From assembly GCA_031413595.1 (NCBI GenBank), contig JANOFJ010000150.1, forward strand, positions 1 through 62,652: 62,652 nucleotides of DNA, read 5' to 3'. The translations under genes and the position numbers were made by a program. This stretch comes from Novosphingobium sp. Its GTDB lineage: Bacteria; Pseudomonadota; Alphaproteobacteria; Sphingomonadales; Sphingomonadaceae. How positions within the stretch are numbered: the first letter of the stretch is position 1; each line of letters opens with the position of its first letter. Below are positions 18,668-27,686 of this stretch, one piece after another. The notes under the pieces are model-generated. The model saw only the letters and a list, made by a program, of their open reading frames with translations. It had not been told where the DNA came from and searched no databases.

Positions 18668-19945
18668 CTATTTCACGATTTCCCCGCCCTTCATGACGTG
18701 CGCGACACGCTCCAGCACGCCGATATCCGCCAGCGGGTCGCCCGAAACCGCGATCATATCTGCGTAGTGCCCCGGCGAGATCGCGCCGACGTCCTTGCTC
18801 CAGCCCAGCAATGCCGCTGACGTGACTGTTGCCGACTGGATCGCCTGCATCGGCGTCATTCCATAGCGGACCATATATTTGAATTGGCGCGCGTTAAGCC
18901 CGTGGGGATAGACCCCGGCGTCGGTCCCGTAGCTCAGCTTTACGCCGGCTTTGACGGCTTTGGCAAAACCGGCGCGCTGGGCTTCGGTGGTGTCGTCGTT
19001 CTTGCGCAGCATGTCTGCCGGCCAGCCATCGCGCTTGCCGACCTCCGCAATCCAGTCGCCCTCATAGATATCCATATCAAGGGTGACGCCCCGGGCCTTG
19101 GCCAGCGCGATCCCCTCATCGTCGATCAGCGAGGCGTGCTCGATCGCCTTGACCCCGGCACGGATGGCGGATTTGATCCCTTCGGCGCCGTGGGCATGGG
19201 CGGTGACCCACGAGCCGCGCGCGGCTGCGACTTGCACGGCGGCGCGCATCTGTTCCTCGGTAAGCTCCTGCTGGCCCGGCTCCGTGCCTTGCGCCAGCAC
19301 CGCCCCGGTGGCGATCAACTTGATCGAATCCGCGCCGTTCTGGAACAGGTAGTTGACCTTCCGGGCGGTGTCGGCCGCATCAGTTACCACGCCCGCGCGC
19401 ATATCGGCGGGGACTGCCACATCGGGCGAAAGGCCGGTCACCTCACCGCCGCCGCCGGGGATGGTGATATAAGCGCCGACCGCACTGATCCGTGGGCCGA
19501 TCACATCGCCGCGGTTCACGGCGTTGCGCAGTTCGACATTGGCGAAGGCGCGGTAACTTCCGACATCATGGACCGAAGTAAAGCCCGCCAGCAGCGTCGT
19601 CCGCGCATTGCGCGCCCCGACATAGGCGATTTCAGCGGCCGAATGGAGCAACGGCTCGGCGACATTGTTGCTTTGTTCGATGTCGGCCAGATGGACATGG
19701 CAATCGATCAGGCCGGGCAGCACGGTATAGGCGGACCAATCGATCACCGCCGTGCCCGGCGGCGGCGGTGCATAGGGCGTTACTGCCACAACACGGCCAT
19801 CCACGATCCGGATCAGGCGATCAGGCAGGACTTTGCCCTGTTCGGTATCGACCAGTTGTCCGGCGCGCAGATAGATCGTTTCGGCTTGGGCCGGCGCACT
19901 GAGGCCCAGTGCGGCGACCAGCAGCAAAAGCGGTCTGTCGATCAT
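18668..19945 (-). CDS. exported metal-dependent amidohydrolase (Xaa-Pro dipeptidase-like)
   Basis: PGLIDCHVH, GFTSV.D.G, AHAHG, IEHAS, GTDAG; signal peptide ending AQA. Confidence 0.88.
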   Translation of the reverse strand: MIDRPLLLLVAALGLSAPAQAETIYLRAGQLVDTEQGKVLPDRLIRIVDGRVVAVTPYAPPPPGTAVIDWSAYTVLPGLIDCHVHLADIEQSNNVAEPLLHSAAEIAYVGARNARTTLLAGFTSVHDVGSYRAFANVELRNAVNRGDVIGPRISAVGAYITIPGGGGEVTGLSPDVAVPADMRAGVVTDAADTARKVNYLFQNGADSIKLIATGAVLAQGTEPGQQELTEEQMRAAVQVAAARGSWVTAHAHGAEGIKSAIRAGVKAIEHASLIDDEGIALAKARGVTLDMDIYEGDWIAEVGKRDGWPADMLRKNDDTTEAQRAGFAKAVKAGVKLSYGTDAGVYPHGLNARQFKYMVRYGMTPMQAIQSATVTSAALLGWSKDVGAISPGHYADMIAVSGDPLADIGVLERVAHVMKGGEIVK

Positions 19946-20418
19946 TTCGGCCCCTGACCGATGATTTTGATCGAGCGCACTTCGATCGCATCATCCTTGC
20001 CGCCAAATGGCAGAACCTCGCCCACTTCCGCGCCCATCAGCGCGCGGGCCAGCGGCGCAGAGAATGAAATCAGGCCGTTCGCCGGATCGGACTCATCATC
20101 GCCGACCAGCGCCAGGTCGCGGGATTTGCCGCCCATCAGAAACGTGACGGTGGTGCCGAATTCGACCTTGCTGCCGCTTGGGATCGGCATCAGCTCGGCA
20201 GTTACCTGACGGGTTTGCCAATAGCGCAAGTCGCGCTTGGCAGCGGTGCGCGCGGTTTCATCGGTCAAGCCGGCGACAGCGGTTTCAAGATCGTACACCC
20301 GCTGGCCGATCATGGCAAGGCCGCGCGCGGTGACCAGATTGGGCCCGGGCGGGATGGGGATCTCGAACTTGGGTTCAAGATGCTCGTCGTCGCTCTCGCG
20401 GCGGAATGCAACGCTCAC
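19942..20418 (-). CDS. GreA/GreB family protein (non-canonical paralog)
   Basis: C-terminal V.FG..V, LVGDDE.DP..G.ISF.APLARALMG domain; NLVT..G N-terminus. Confidence 0.85.
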   Translation of the reverse strand: MSVAFRRESDDEHLEPKFEIPIPPGPNLVTARGLAMIGQRVYDLETAVAGLTDETARTAAKRDLRYWQTRQVTAELMPIPSGSKVEFGTTVTFLMGGKSRDLALVGDDESDPANGLISFSAPLARALMGAEVGEVLPFGGKDDAIEVRSIKIIGQGPK

Positions 20419-20509
20419 TGCTAAATTCCTCTAGGTTCGAAATTTGCGGCACATGGTATTTGCGCCCGAGTGTAACGACTCTGCAATAGTGTTGCGCTCG
20501 AAGGTGGCA

Positions 20510-21763
20510 ATGCAAGGCAATTCAAACGATCTGCTGATTTGTGACCTGACCCAAAGCTATTCGCCGCAGGGAGGCGGCGGGATAAGCACCTATTTGCGGG
20601 AAAAGCGCCAACATGTGCTGGCGCGGACCGGCCATCGCTTGCTGCAGATCGTGCCGGGTCCTGAAGACCGGATTGTCGAGGACGGCAGGCACATCTGGGT
20701 CGAGATCGGTGCGGAGCAGGTCCGCGGCAGTCCAAACTACCGGTTCATCCTGCGCACCAGTGCGGTTCGCGAAGTGCTGGAAAAATATCGTCCTGATGTG
20801 ATCGAATCTCTGTGCCCATGGGTCTTACCGTGGACCGCGATCAACTATCGGCGGGCGCATCCGGGCACTGCGCTGGTGGCAGGGTATCACACCGATTTCC
20901 CCAACGCACATATTCACCGGGTGGGCGTGGAACTGTTCGGCAAAGTGGTGGCAGGTGGGCTTCGCCGCCTCAGTGTCGGTTATGCCGAGTTGACCTATCG
21001 CGAGTTTGACCGAGTTTATGCACTTGATGAGAATATGCGAAGTCTGCTGGGCGACTATGGGATTGGTCATGTTGATATTCTGAGCCTTGGGGTGGATGCT
21101 GACCGGTTTGGCCCATCGCGCCGTGATCCGCTGCTGCTGCAAAAGCTGGGCATTGCCGGGCACGGTCCGCTGCTGATTTATGTCGGACGGATCGATAATG
21201 AAAAGCGGGCCGATCGGCTGGTCGAAATGATGCGGCTGCTTCCAGAGGAATTTGGCGCGTCGCTGGTCATGGTTGGCGACGGCAAATTGCGCGATACGCT
21301 GATGGAGCAGGCAGCCGGCCTGCCGATCGTCTTTACCGGCTTCATTTCTGATCGTGACGAGCTTGCCGTCACCATGGCCTCAGCGGATATCTATGTCTCG
21401 GCGATGGCTGACGAGACTTTCGGGATTTCGGTGATCGAGGCGCAGGCATCGGGATTGCCGGTGGTCGGGGTTGCTTCAGGGGCCATGCCAACCCGCGTAC
21501 CAGAAGGGCTGGGACTGCTTGGCCCGGTTGACGATGTTGCCGCGATGGCGGCCAATGTGATGGCAGTGTGGGGCGCAGATCATCGCGCGATGGGGCGCCA
21601 CGCCCGTATTCAGGTATGCAACCGGTTCAGCTGGGCGAAGACATTCGATCGGCTGCTGGACGAAGTCTATGCCGGAGCGCTTGTCCGGGCGCAGGAGCGA
21701 GCCCAGGCCAGAGGCTGGTGGCCCTCGATTCGAGCGCCACAAGGGATGCGCCGGGCCGGTTAG
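20510..21763 (+). CDS. GT-B glycosyltransferase (GT4)
   Basis: YHTDFP, YVGRIDNEK, VGDG, ETFGISVIEAQASGLPVV; start ATG 20510 uncertain. Confidence 0.88.
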   Translation: MQGNSNDLLICDLTQSYSPQGGGGISTYLREKRQHVLARTGHRLLQIVPGPEDRIVEDGRHIWVEIGAEQVRGSPNYRFILRTSAVREVLEKYRPDVIESLCPWVLPWTAINYRRAHPGTALVAGYHTDFPNAHIHRVGVELFGKVVAGGLRRLSVGYAELTYREFDRVYALDENMRSLLGDYGIGHVDILSLGVDADRFGPSRRDPLLLQKLGIAGHGPLLIYVGRIDNEKRADRLVEMMRLLPEEFGASLVMVGDGKLRDTLMEQAAGLPIVFTGFISDRDELAVTMASADIYVSAMADETFGISVIEAQASGLPVVGVASGAMPTRVPEGLGLLGPVDDVAAMAANVMAVWGADHRAMGRHARIQVCNRFSWAKTFDRLLDEVYAGALVRAQERAQARGWWPSIRAPQGMRRAG

Positions 21764-21776
21764 GCGCAATCAATGC

Positions 21777-21812
21777 AAAAAGGGCGCCCGGTTTCCCGGA
21801 GCGCCCCTCTTG
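21777..21812 (-). terminator. rho-independent terminator of glnA (possibly bidirectional)
   Basis: minus strand GGGCGC-T-CCGG-GAAA-CCGG-GCGCCC-TTTTT between convergent genes. Confidence 0.85.
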
Positions 21813-21832
21813 TTCAGCACTGATCGCGAAGA

Positions 21833-23242
21833 TCAGGCGCTGTAGTACATATCGAATTCAACCGCACTCGGGGTGGTTTCCCAACGCAGCTGTTCGGCCC
21901 ACTTGATCTCGGCATAGGCGTCGATCTGCTCTTTGGAGAAGACGCCGCCTTGCAGCAGATAGTCGTGATCGGCTTCAAGGCTTTCCAAAGCCTCGCGCAG
22001 TGAACCGCAAACGGTCGGCACCTGGGCGAGTTCGGCTGGCGGCAGATCATAGAGGTTCTTGTCCATCGCCTCGCCCGGATGGATCTTGTTCTTGATCCCG
22101 TCGAGCCCGGCCATCACCAGTGCGGAATAGCACAGATAGGGATTGGCCATCGCATCGGGGAAGCGGAACTCGACCCGCTTGGCCTTGTCGCCCGCGCCAT
22201 AGGGGATGCGGCACGAGGCTGAGCGGTTGCGCGCCGAATAGGCCAGCAGCACCGGTGCTTCATAACCCGGAACCAGCCGCTTGTAGCTGTTGGTGGTCGG
22301 GTTGGTGAAGGCGTTGAGCGACTTGGCGTGCTTGATCACGCCGCCGATGAAGTACAGGCACATATCGGAAAGACCAGCATAGCCATTGCCGGCAAACAGC
22401 GGCTTGCCCGCTTCCCAGATCGAGATGTGGGTGTGCATGCCGCTGCCGTTATCGCCCTTGATCGGCTTGGGCATGAAGGTTGCGGTCTTGCCGTAAGCAT
22501 GGGCCACCTGCTGCACGACGTATTTGTACACCTGCATCCGGTCAGCGGTTTGCACCAACGTGCCGAAGGTCAGGCCCAGCTCGTGCTGGGCGGGGGCGAC
22601 TTCGTGGTGATGCTTGTCGCAGGGCAGGCCCATTTCAAGCATGGTGGCGACCATTTCACCGCGAATGTCGACGCAGCTATCGATCGGCGCGACGGGGAAG
22701 TAGCCGCCCTTGACGCCCGGACGGTGGCCAAGGTTGCCGCCTTCGTAGTCCTTGCCGGTGTTGGTTGGCAGCTCGATATCATCGATGCGGAAGCCGTTAC
22801 CGTCATAGCCGTCGTAATACTTCACGTCGTCGAACAGGAAGAACTCCGCTTCCGGGCCAACATAGACTGTATCGCCAACGCCGGCCGACTTGACGAAGGC
22901 TTCGGCGCGCTTGGCGGTCGAGCGGGGGTCGCGGCTGTAAAGGTCACCGGTCGATGGCTCGACGATGTCGCAGCAGATGATCATCATCGGCGTCGCGCTG
23001 AACGGATCGATATAGATCGCATCCAGATCGGGCTTGAGGATCATGTCGCTTTCGTTGATCGCCTTCCAGCCTTCGATCGACGAACCGTCGAACATCAGGC
23101 CGTCTTCCAGCTCGTCTTCACCCAGGACCGAGGCGACCATGGTGAGGTGCTGCCACTTGCCCTTGGGATCGGTGAAACGCAGATCCACCCACTCGATTTC
23201 CTCATCCTTGATGCGCTTGAGGATGTCCTTTGCCTTGGCCAT
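21833..23242 (-). CDS. glnA: glutamine synthetase type I
   Basis: [40 protein letters not shown], adenylylation site NLYDLP. Confidence 0.98.
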   Translation of the reverse strand: MAKAKDILKRIKDEEIEWVDLRFTDPKGKWQHLTMVASVLGEDELEDGLMFDGSSIEGWKAINESDMILKPDLDAIYIDPFSATPMMIICCDIVEPSTGDLYSRDPRSTAKRAEAFVKSAGVGDTVYVGPEAEFFLFDDVKYYDGYDGNGFRIDDIELPTNTGKDYEGGNLGHRPGVKGGYFPVAPIDSCVDIRGEMVATMLEMGLPCDKHHHEVAPAQHELGLTFGTLVQTADRMQVYKYVVQQVAHAYGKTATFMPKPIKGDNGSGMHTHISIWEAGKPLFAGNGYAGLSDMCLYFIGGVIKHAKSLNAFTNPTTNSYKRLVPGYEAPVLLAYSARNRSASCRIPYGAGDKAKRVEFRFPDAMANPYLCYSALVMAGLDGIKNKIHPGEAMDKNLYDLPPAELAQVPTVCGSLREALESLEADHDYLLQGGVFSKEQIDAYAEIKWAEQLRWETTPSAVEFDMYYSA

Positions 23243-23259
23243 TATTCGTCCTTCTGGTT

Positions 23260-23352
23260 CCCCTCCCGCCCGCGGGAGGGGCTAGGGGAGGGCTTGTTAG
23301 AATGGGTTCGGGCAACAGACCCTCCCCCGACCCCTCCCGCCAGCGGGAAGGG
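23260..23352. repeat. cruciform interspersed palindromic element (same architecture as 15419-15525)
   Basis: CCCCTCCCGC-CC-GCGGGAGGGG, GGGGAGGG/CCCTCCCC stem, CCCTCCCGC-CA-GCGGGAAGGG. Confidence 0.8.
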
Positions 23353-23374
23353 AGTTTGCGGAACTTTGTAAGCT

Positions 23375-23713
<339 letters not shown>

Positions 23714-23799
23714 TTACCGTAACCCCTGCGCATGAAACCGGTGCCACCCCAATTTTCACTTGGGGTGGACCGGAGATCCAATGCCTGTGGCGATGACCT

Positions 23800-23815
23800 A
23801 TCAAGAATCATGCCA
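23800..23815 (-). promoter_or_regulatory. sigma54 (-24/-12) promoter of glnB-glnA
   Basis: minus strand TGGCATGATTCTTGAT: GG-N10-GA, non-canonical -12. Confidence 0.65.
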
Positions 23816-23932
23816 TCGGCGATCAGACCGCCCTAGGCTAAGTGCAAAGTCGCGAAAAGGGTGGAATCGCAAGATTCGCAACCAGGACTGGTGCTCGCGG
23901 CAAAGAATTGTTCGCAATCGGGGTTCTGGACT

Positions 23933-23971
23933 TGCCTGATTTTTCAGCATGTGCTGCCTAATATTTAGGCA
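23933..23971. promoter_or_regulatory. tandem NtrC-type boxes
   Basis: TGCCTGATTTTTCAGCA (23933-23949) and TGCCTAATATTTAGGCA (23955-23971), both TGC-N11-GCA, 22 bp apart, about 120-155 bp upstream of the sigma54 site. Confidence 0.75.
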
Positions 23972-24895
23972 TCACAATTGCAGGCCGGCCGTTTCGGGCA
24001 ATCCAGTCATGAGATTGAGGCTCTGCACCGCAGCTCCGCTCGCACCCTTGCCAAGGTTGTCGAGCAGCGCGACCAGCCGCGCCTGACTGCCGTCGGGCGA
24101 GGCAAACACATAGAGCTCCAGCCGGTCGCTGGGTTTTTGGGTGCGGCACAGCAGCAGCTCGTCGGGCTGGTCGGTGTGGACGGTGATGAGCGGGCTGCCC
24201 GCGTAAAAATCCGCCAGACATTCGCGCAGCAGCGCCGGGCGCGGGGCGCCCGGGATTATCGCCAGCGGCAGCGGCACTTCGACGATCATGCCGCGGTGGC
24301 CGGGGACGACGGCGGGCGCAAAAACCGGCGCGATGGCGAGGCTGGCATAGGCCTGCATCTCTGGCACGTGTTTGTGGTTCAGCCCCAGGCCATAGGCCCG
24401 GTAGGCGATGTCGCCATCCTCTTCGAACCGCTGGATCAGAGCCTTGCCGCCGCCCGAATAGCCCGACACCGCGTTGCAGCTGTAGGGCCAGGCGGTGGGC
24501 AGCAGTTCGGCCTGAACCAGGGGGGCGAGCAGCGCGATAAACCCGGTCGGATAGCAGCCCGGATTGCTGACCCGGCTGGCTGCCGCTAGCGCGTCGCGGC
24601 CGATTACCTCGGGAAAGCCGTAAGTCCAGCCCTGCGCAACCCGGTGCGCGCTGGAAGCGTCTATGACCCGCGTTGCGGGGTTCTTTATCATCCCGACGGC
24701 GGCGATGGCAGCTTCATCGGGCAGGCACAGGATCACGACATCGGCGGCGTTCAGGGCTTCCTCTCGTGCCGCATCGTCCTTGCGGCGAACCTCGCTGAGC
24801 GTCAGCAATGTGAACTCGCTCCGCCCGGCCAGCCGGTCGGCGATTTCGAGGCCGGTGGTTCCTGCGGCGCCGTCGATGAAGACAGTCCGGCTCAT
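23972..24895 (-). CDS. argC: N-acetyl-gamma-glutamyl-phosphate reductase (type 2)
   Basis: FIDGAAGTTG, DASSAHR, NPGCY, SGYSGGG, DNLGKGASGAAVQ. Confidence 0.95.
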   Translation of the reverse strand: MSRTVFIDGAAGTTGLEIADRLAGRSEFTLLTLSEVRRKDDAAREEALNAADVVILCLPDEAAIAAVGMIKNPATRVIDASSAHRVAQGWTYGFPEVIGRDALAAASRVSNPGCYPTGFIALLAPLVQAELLPTAWPYSCNAVSGYSGGGKALIQRFEEDGDIAYRAYGLGLNHKHVPEMQAYASLAIAPVFAPAVVPGHRGMIVEVPLPLAIIPGAPRPALLRECLADFYAGSPLITVHTDQPDELLLCRTQKPSDRLELYVFASPDGSQARLVALLDNLGKGASGAAVQSLNLMTGLPETAGLQL

Positions 24896-25296
24896 TGGGC
24901 GATCAGGGCATCCAGCACGACATAACCGACCAGCCCATCCTCATCGACCTGGCCCCAGGCCCAGCCGCCCGCCATATCCAGCACATTGAACACCGTGCCG
25001 CCGGCCAATTGATCCATCACTTCGCCATCGGCCCGGCCCGCGCTGCGCAAGCTTGATCCGGCGGCAATGACGTTGTGCGGCATCGGCACCGCATAATGCG
25101 GCACGAAGCAGATACCGGCGAGGCGAATATGCGCCAGATCCCCGCGCACCGGCCAATGCGCTGCATCAAGCTTTGCAGTTGGCCCGGACAGCATCAATTG
25201 CTCGGCGGGAATGACAAGTGGAGTCAACTCGGGAAGCCCCTCGAAAGCGAAGACCGGGCGATTAGCCCCGCTTGGCCCCTGTATCAAGCTATCCAT
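24892..25296 (-). CDS. bacterial SH3-domain protein
   Basis: RGDLA, DQL..G..F.VLD..GGWAWGQ...GLVGYV; ATGA overlap with argC; start uncertain. Confidence 0.75.
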   Translation of the reverse strand: MDSLIQGPSGANRPVFAFEGLPELTPLVIPAEQLMLSGPTAKLDAAHWPVRGDLAHIRLAGICFVPHYAVPMPHNVIAAGSSLRSAGRADGEVMDQLAGGTVFNVLDMAGGWAWGQVDEDGLVGYVVLDALIAQ

Positions 25297-25466
25297 CGCC
25301 GAGTTTGCCTCCTGCGCGCGTTCCTGCGCGGAATGGGCGGGGGAGGCAAGGGGGCAGGGCTTGGGGGTGCAGGTATAGCGGGCGGGTTTGGGGAGCGATG
25401 AAGGGATGCGACTGGTTTCCGGAATGTTGGGGGGAGCGGACGTCTCTCAATCCAACGGATTGCCGG

Positions 25467-25841
25467 TCATTTTTCAGAGCTGCCCACCACGTAATCAATG
25501 TTGAACGGCTTGTTCGTAATGAACAGCGCGACCATGTCACCATCCGACGATGCACCGTGTTGCATTGGTTCGCCCTCGGGAAACCACACAAACGTTCCTG
25601 GTCCGAACTCACCACGGTGAGTTACGAGCTTGCCCTCAAGGACGTACATTCCATGACCGCATGGATGCGTGTGGTGTGGGTTGGTCAGGCCGGCTGGATA
25701 CCGCAGCAGCGTTACGCCCATTCCGGTTTCCGGTTCATCGAGTAGAGGCTTTACATAAAATGGTCGCCCGATCTGATCCATCAGCATTTCAGACCATTCG
25801 ATGTCCGATGGATGCACCACCTCAATTTTTCCGGTAATCAT
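25467..25841 (-). CDS. cupin-domain protein, 124 aa (HxHxxxH...H)
   Basis: PAG...PHHTHPCGHGMYVLEG and PG..VWFPEG...H cupin motifs; ATG 25841 behind GGGAAG. Confidence 0.82.
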   Translation of the reverse strand: MITGKIEVVHPSDIEWSEMLMDQIGRPFYVKPLLDEPETGMGVTLLRYPAGLTNPHHTHPCGHGMYVLEGKLVTHRGEFGPGTFVWFPEGEPMQHGASSDGDMVALFITNKPFNIDYVVGSSEK

Positions 25842-26095
25842 CTTTCTTCCCTGATTATGCGCATCGCGACCTCTGCCATCGGCTGTCCTACAAAGAAGGC
25901 GGAAAGGAGGAAAGAAGCAAACAGGCATGCGCATCCAATTTGATCTTTCCCAATTGTGAATGTCTGCAATGTTGTCGCAAGCAGTCATCCCAAATCCCAG
26001 ACCCCTACCAAACCAATTTCCTACAAGGCCAATGCCTGACACACTGCCGCCGCCGCCCTGTTGGGGTCGGATCTTTGACAGCGTAGTTTCTTCTC

Positions 26096-26257
26096 ACACC
26101 GGGAATCTGTCGCCCTGTGGCATTACACCTTGTAATATAACGATAAATTCAGATGACAGCAGGGTCACACCTGTCACCCAGCCATCACCAAGTTGTTGAA
26201 TTCATGAAGTTTAGCTTGGGTGACACCTGGGTGACACGGTGTCACCCGGTGTAACCC
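26096..26257. repeat. array of direct and inverted GGGTGACAC-like boxes
   Basis: boxes at 26108, 26151, 26162, 26172, 26218, 26229, 26239, 26249; outer IR ACACCGGG/CCCGGTGT. Confidence 0.8.
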
Positions 26258-27639
26258 TAGCCATACCGTGCCTTGAGCATTCCCCAGGCCGCGCGCAGGC
26301 CCAGCGCGTCGCCGCCCTTGGGGCGTCCCGGTTTGGCCGCAGGGCGCCAGGCGAAGGTATCGAAATGGGCCCAGTCAGTCCCCTCGGGAACGAACCGGTC
26401 AAGGAACAGCCCGGCCACCGAGGCTCCTGCGAAGCCGTTGGAGCTGGAGTTGTTGAGATCAGCAATGTCGGACTTCAGATATTCGCGGTAGCCGGAATGG
26501 AGCGGCAGGCGCCAGCAGGGATCGTCGGCTTCGAGCCCGGCCTTGAGCAGCGCTTCGGCGGTCGCATCGGCGCGGGTCATCAGCGCTGGTAGATCGGGGC
26601 CCAGGGCAACGCGGGCAGCGCCGGTCAGCGTTGCGAAATCGATGATCAGGTCAGGTTTTTCCTCACCGGCGCGGGTCAATGCATCGCCCAGTACCAGCCG
26701 GCCCTCGGCGTCGGTATTGCCGATCTCGACGCTGATCCCGGCGCGGCTGCGCAGGATATCGCCGGGGCGGAAGGCATTGCCGGCGATGGCATTCTCCACC
26801 GCAGGGATCAGCAAATGGAGCCGCACCTTGAGGTGGCGCTGCATGACCAGTCTGGCCAGCGCAAGGGCATGCGCCGCGCCGCCCATGTCCTTCTTCATCC
26901 ACATCATGCCTGCGGCCGGCTTGATATCGAGCCCGCCTGAATCAAAGCAGACCCCCTTGCCGACAAGCGCGATACGGGGATGTTTGGGATCACCCCAGGT
27001 CAATTCGATCATCCGTGGCGAATGGCTGCGCGCGGCAGCCCGGCCCACCGCATGGACCATCGGAAACTCCCGCTCCAACGCATCTCCGCTGGTGACTTTG
27101 AGCTCCGCCTTAAAGGTCTTGGCGAGTGCGGCGGCCTGCGCTTCAAGCTGGGCTGGGCCCATGTCTTCGGCGGGTGTGTTGACCAGATCGCGCACCAGCG
27201 CCACCGCCGCCGCCTCGGCCAAGGCAGGGTCGATCGCCTTGACCTGGGTGGTGAGCAGAATGCGGGGGCCTTCGCTGCCCGGCTCGCTGCGATAGCGGTC
27301 AAAGCGGTATTGCCCGCTGACCCAGCCGAACAGCGCCGGCCCCGGATCGCCGCCCGTGCGGCGATAGGTCCCGGCGGGAAGAACCTCGGCCAGCTTGGCC
27401 ATGCACCAGCTGGACAGGCTTTCGGTATTGGCGACGCCGGCAACCACGAACAAGCTCTCACCATCGGGGATGATCGCGTAGCTGTAACTCTCCGCCTCGA
27501 ACTTCTGGGCGGCCAGCGCGGCACGTTGCGGGCCGGACAGCGATTTTACGAAGGCGTCCAGGCCGCTCTTTTCGATAAGCTGGATTGGCGTGGCGGGCTG
27601 ACCCTTGTCGGGCTGGATCAAAGCGTGTTTGTCAGTCAT
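26257..27639 (-). CDS. leucyl aminopeptidase family (M17)
   Basis: VGKGVCFDSGGL.IK, MKKDMGGAA, NTDAEGRL, ATLTGA. Confidence 0.95.
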   Translation of the reverse strand: MTDKHALIQPDKGQPATPIQLIEKSGLDAFVKSLSGPQRAALAAQKFEAESYSYAIIPDGESLFVVAGVANTESLSSWCMAKLAEVLPAGTYRRTGGDPGPALFGWVSGQYRFDRYRSEPGSEGPRILLTTQVKAIDPALAEAAAVALVRDLVNTPAEDMGPAQLEAQAAALAKTFKAELKVTSGDALEREFPMVHAVGRAAARSHSPRMIELTWGDPKHPRIALVGKGVCFDSGGLDIKPAAGMMWMKKDMGGAAHALALARLVMQRHLKVRLHLLIPAVENAIAGNAFRPGDILRSRAGISVEIGNTDAEGRLVLGDALTRAGEEKPDLIIDFATLTGAARVALGPDLPALMTRADATAEALLKAGLEADDPCWRLPLHSGYREYLKSDIADLNNSSSNGFAGASVAGLFLDRFVPEGTDWAHFDTFAWRPAAKPGRPKGGDALGLRAAWGMLKARYG

Positions 27640-27686
27640 TATTGTGCAGCTTAGACGTAGCCATGCGCCCGAAGCGAGAGGAAAAA

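Noticed and set aside
26096-26257. CRISPR array interpretation of the box array
   Set aside because: Repeats are only 8-9 bp, in mixed orientation and irregularly spaced; no cas genes
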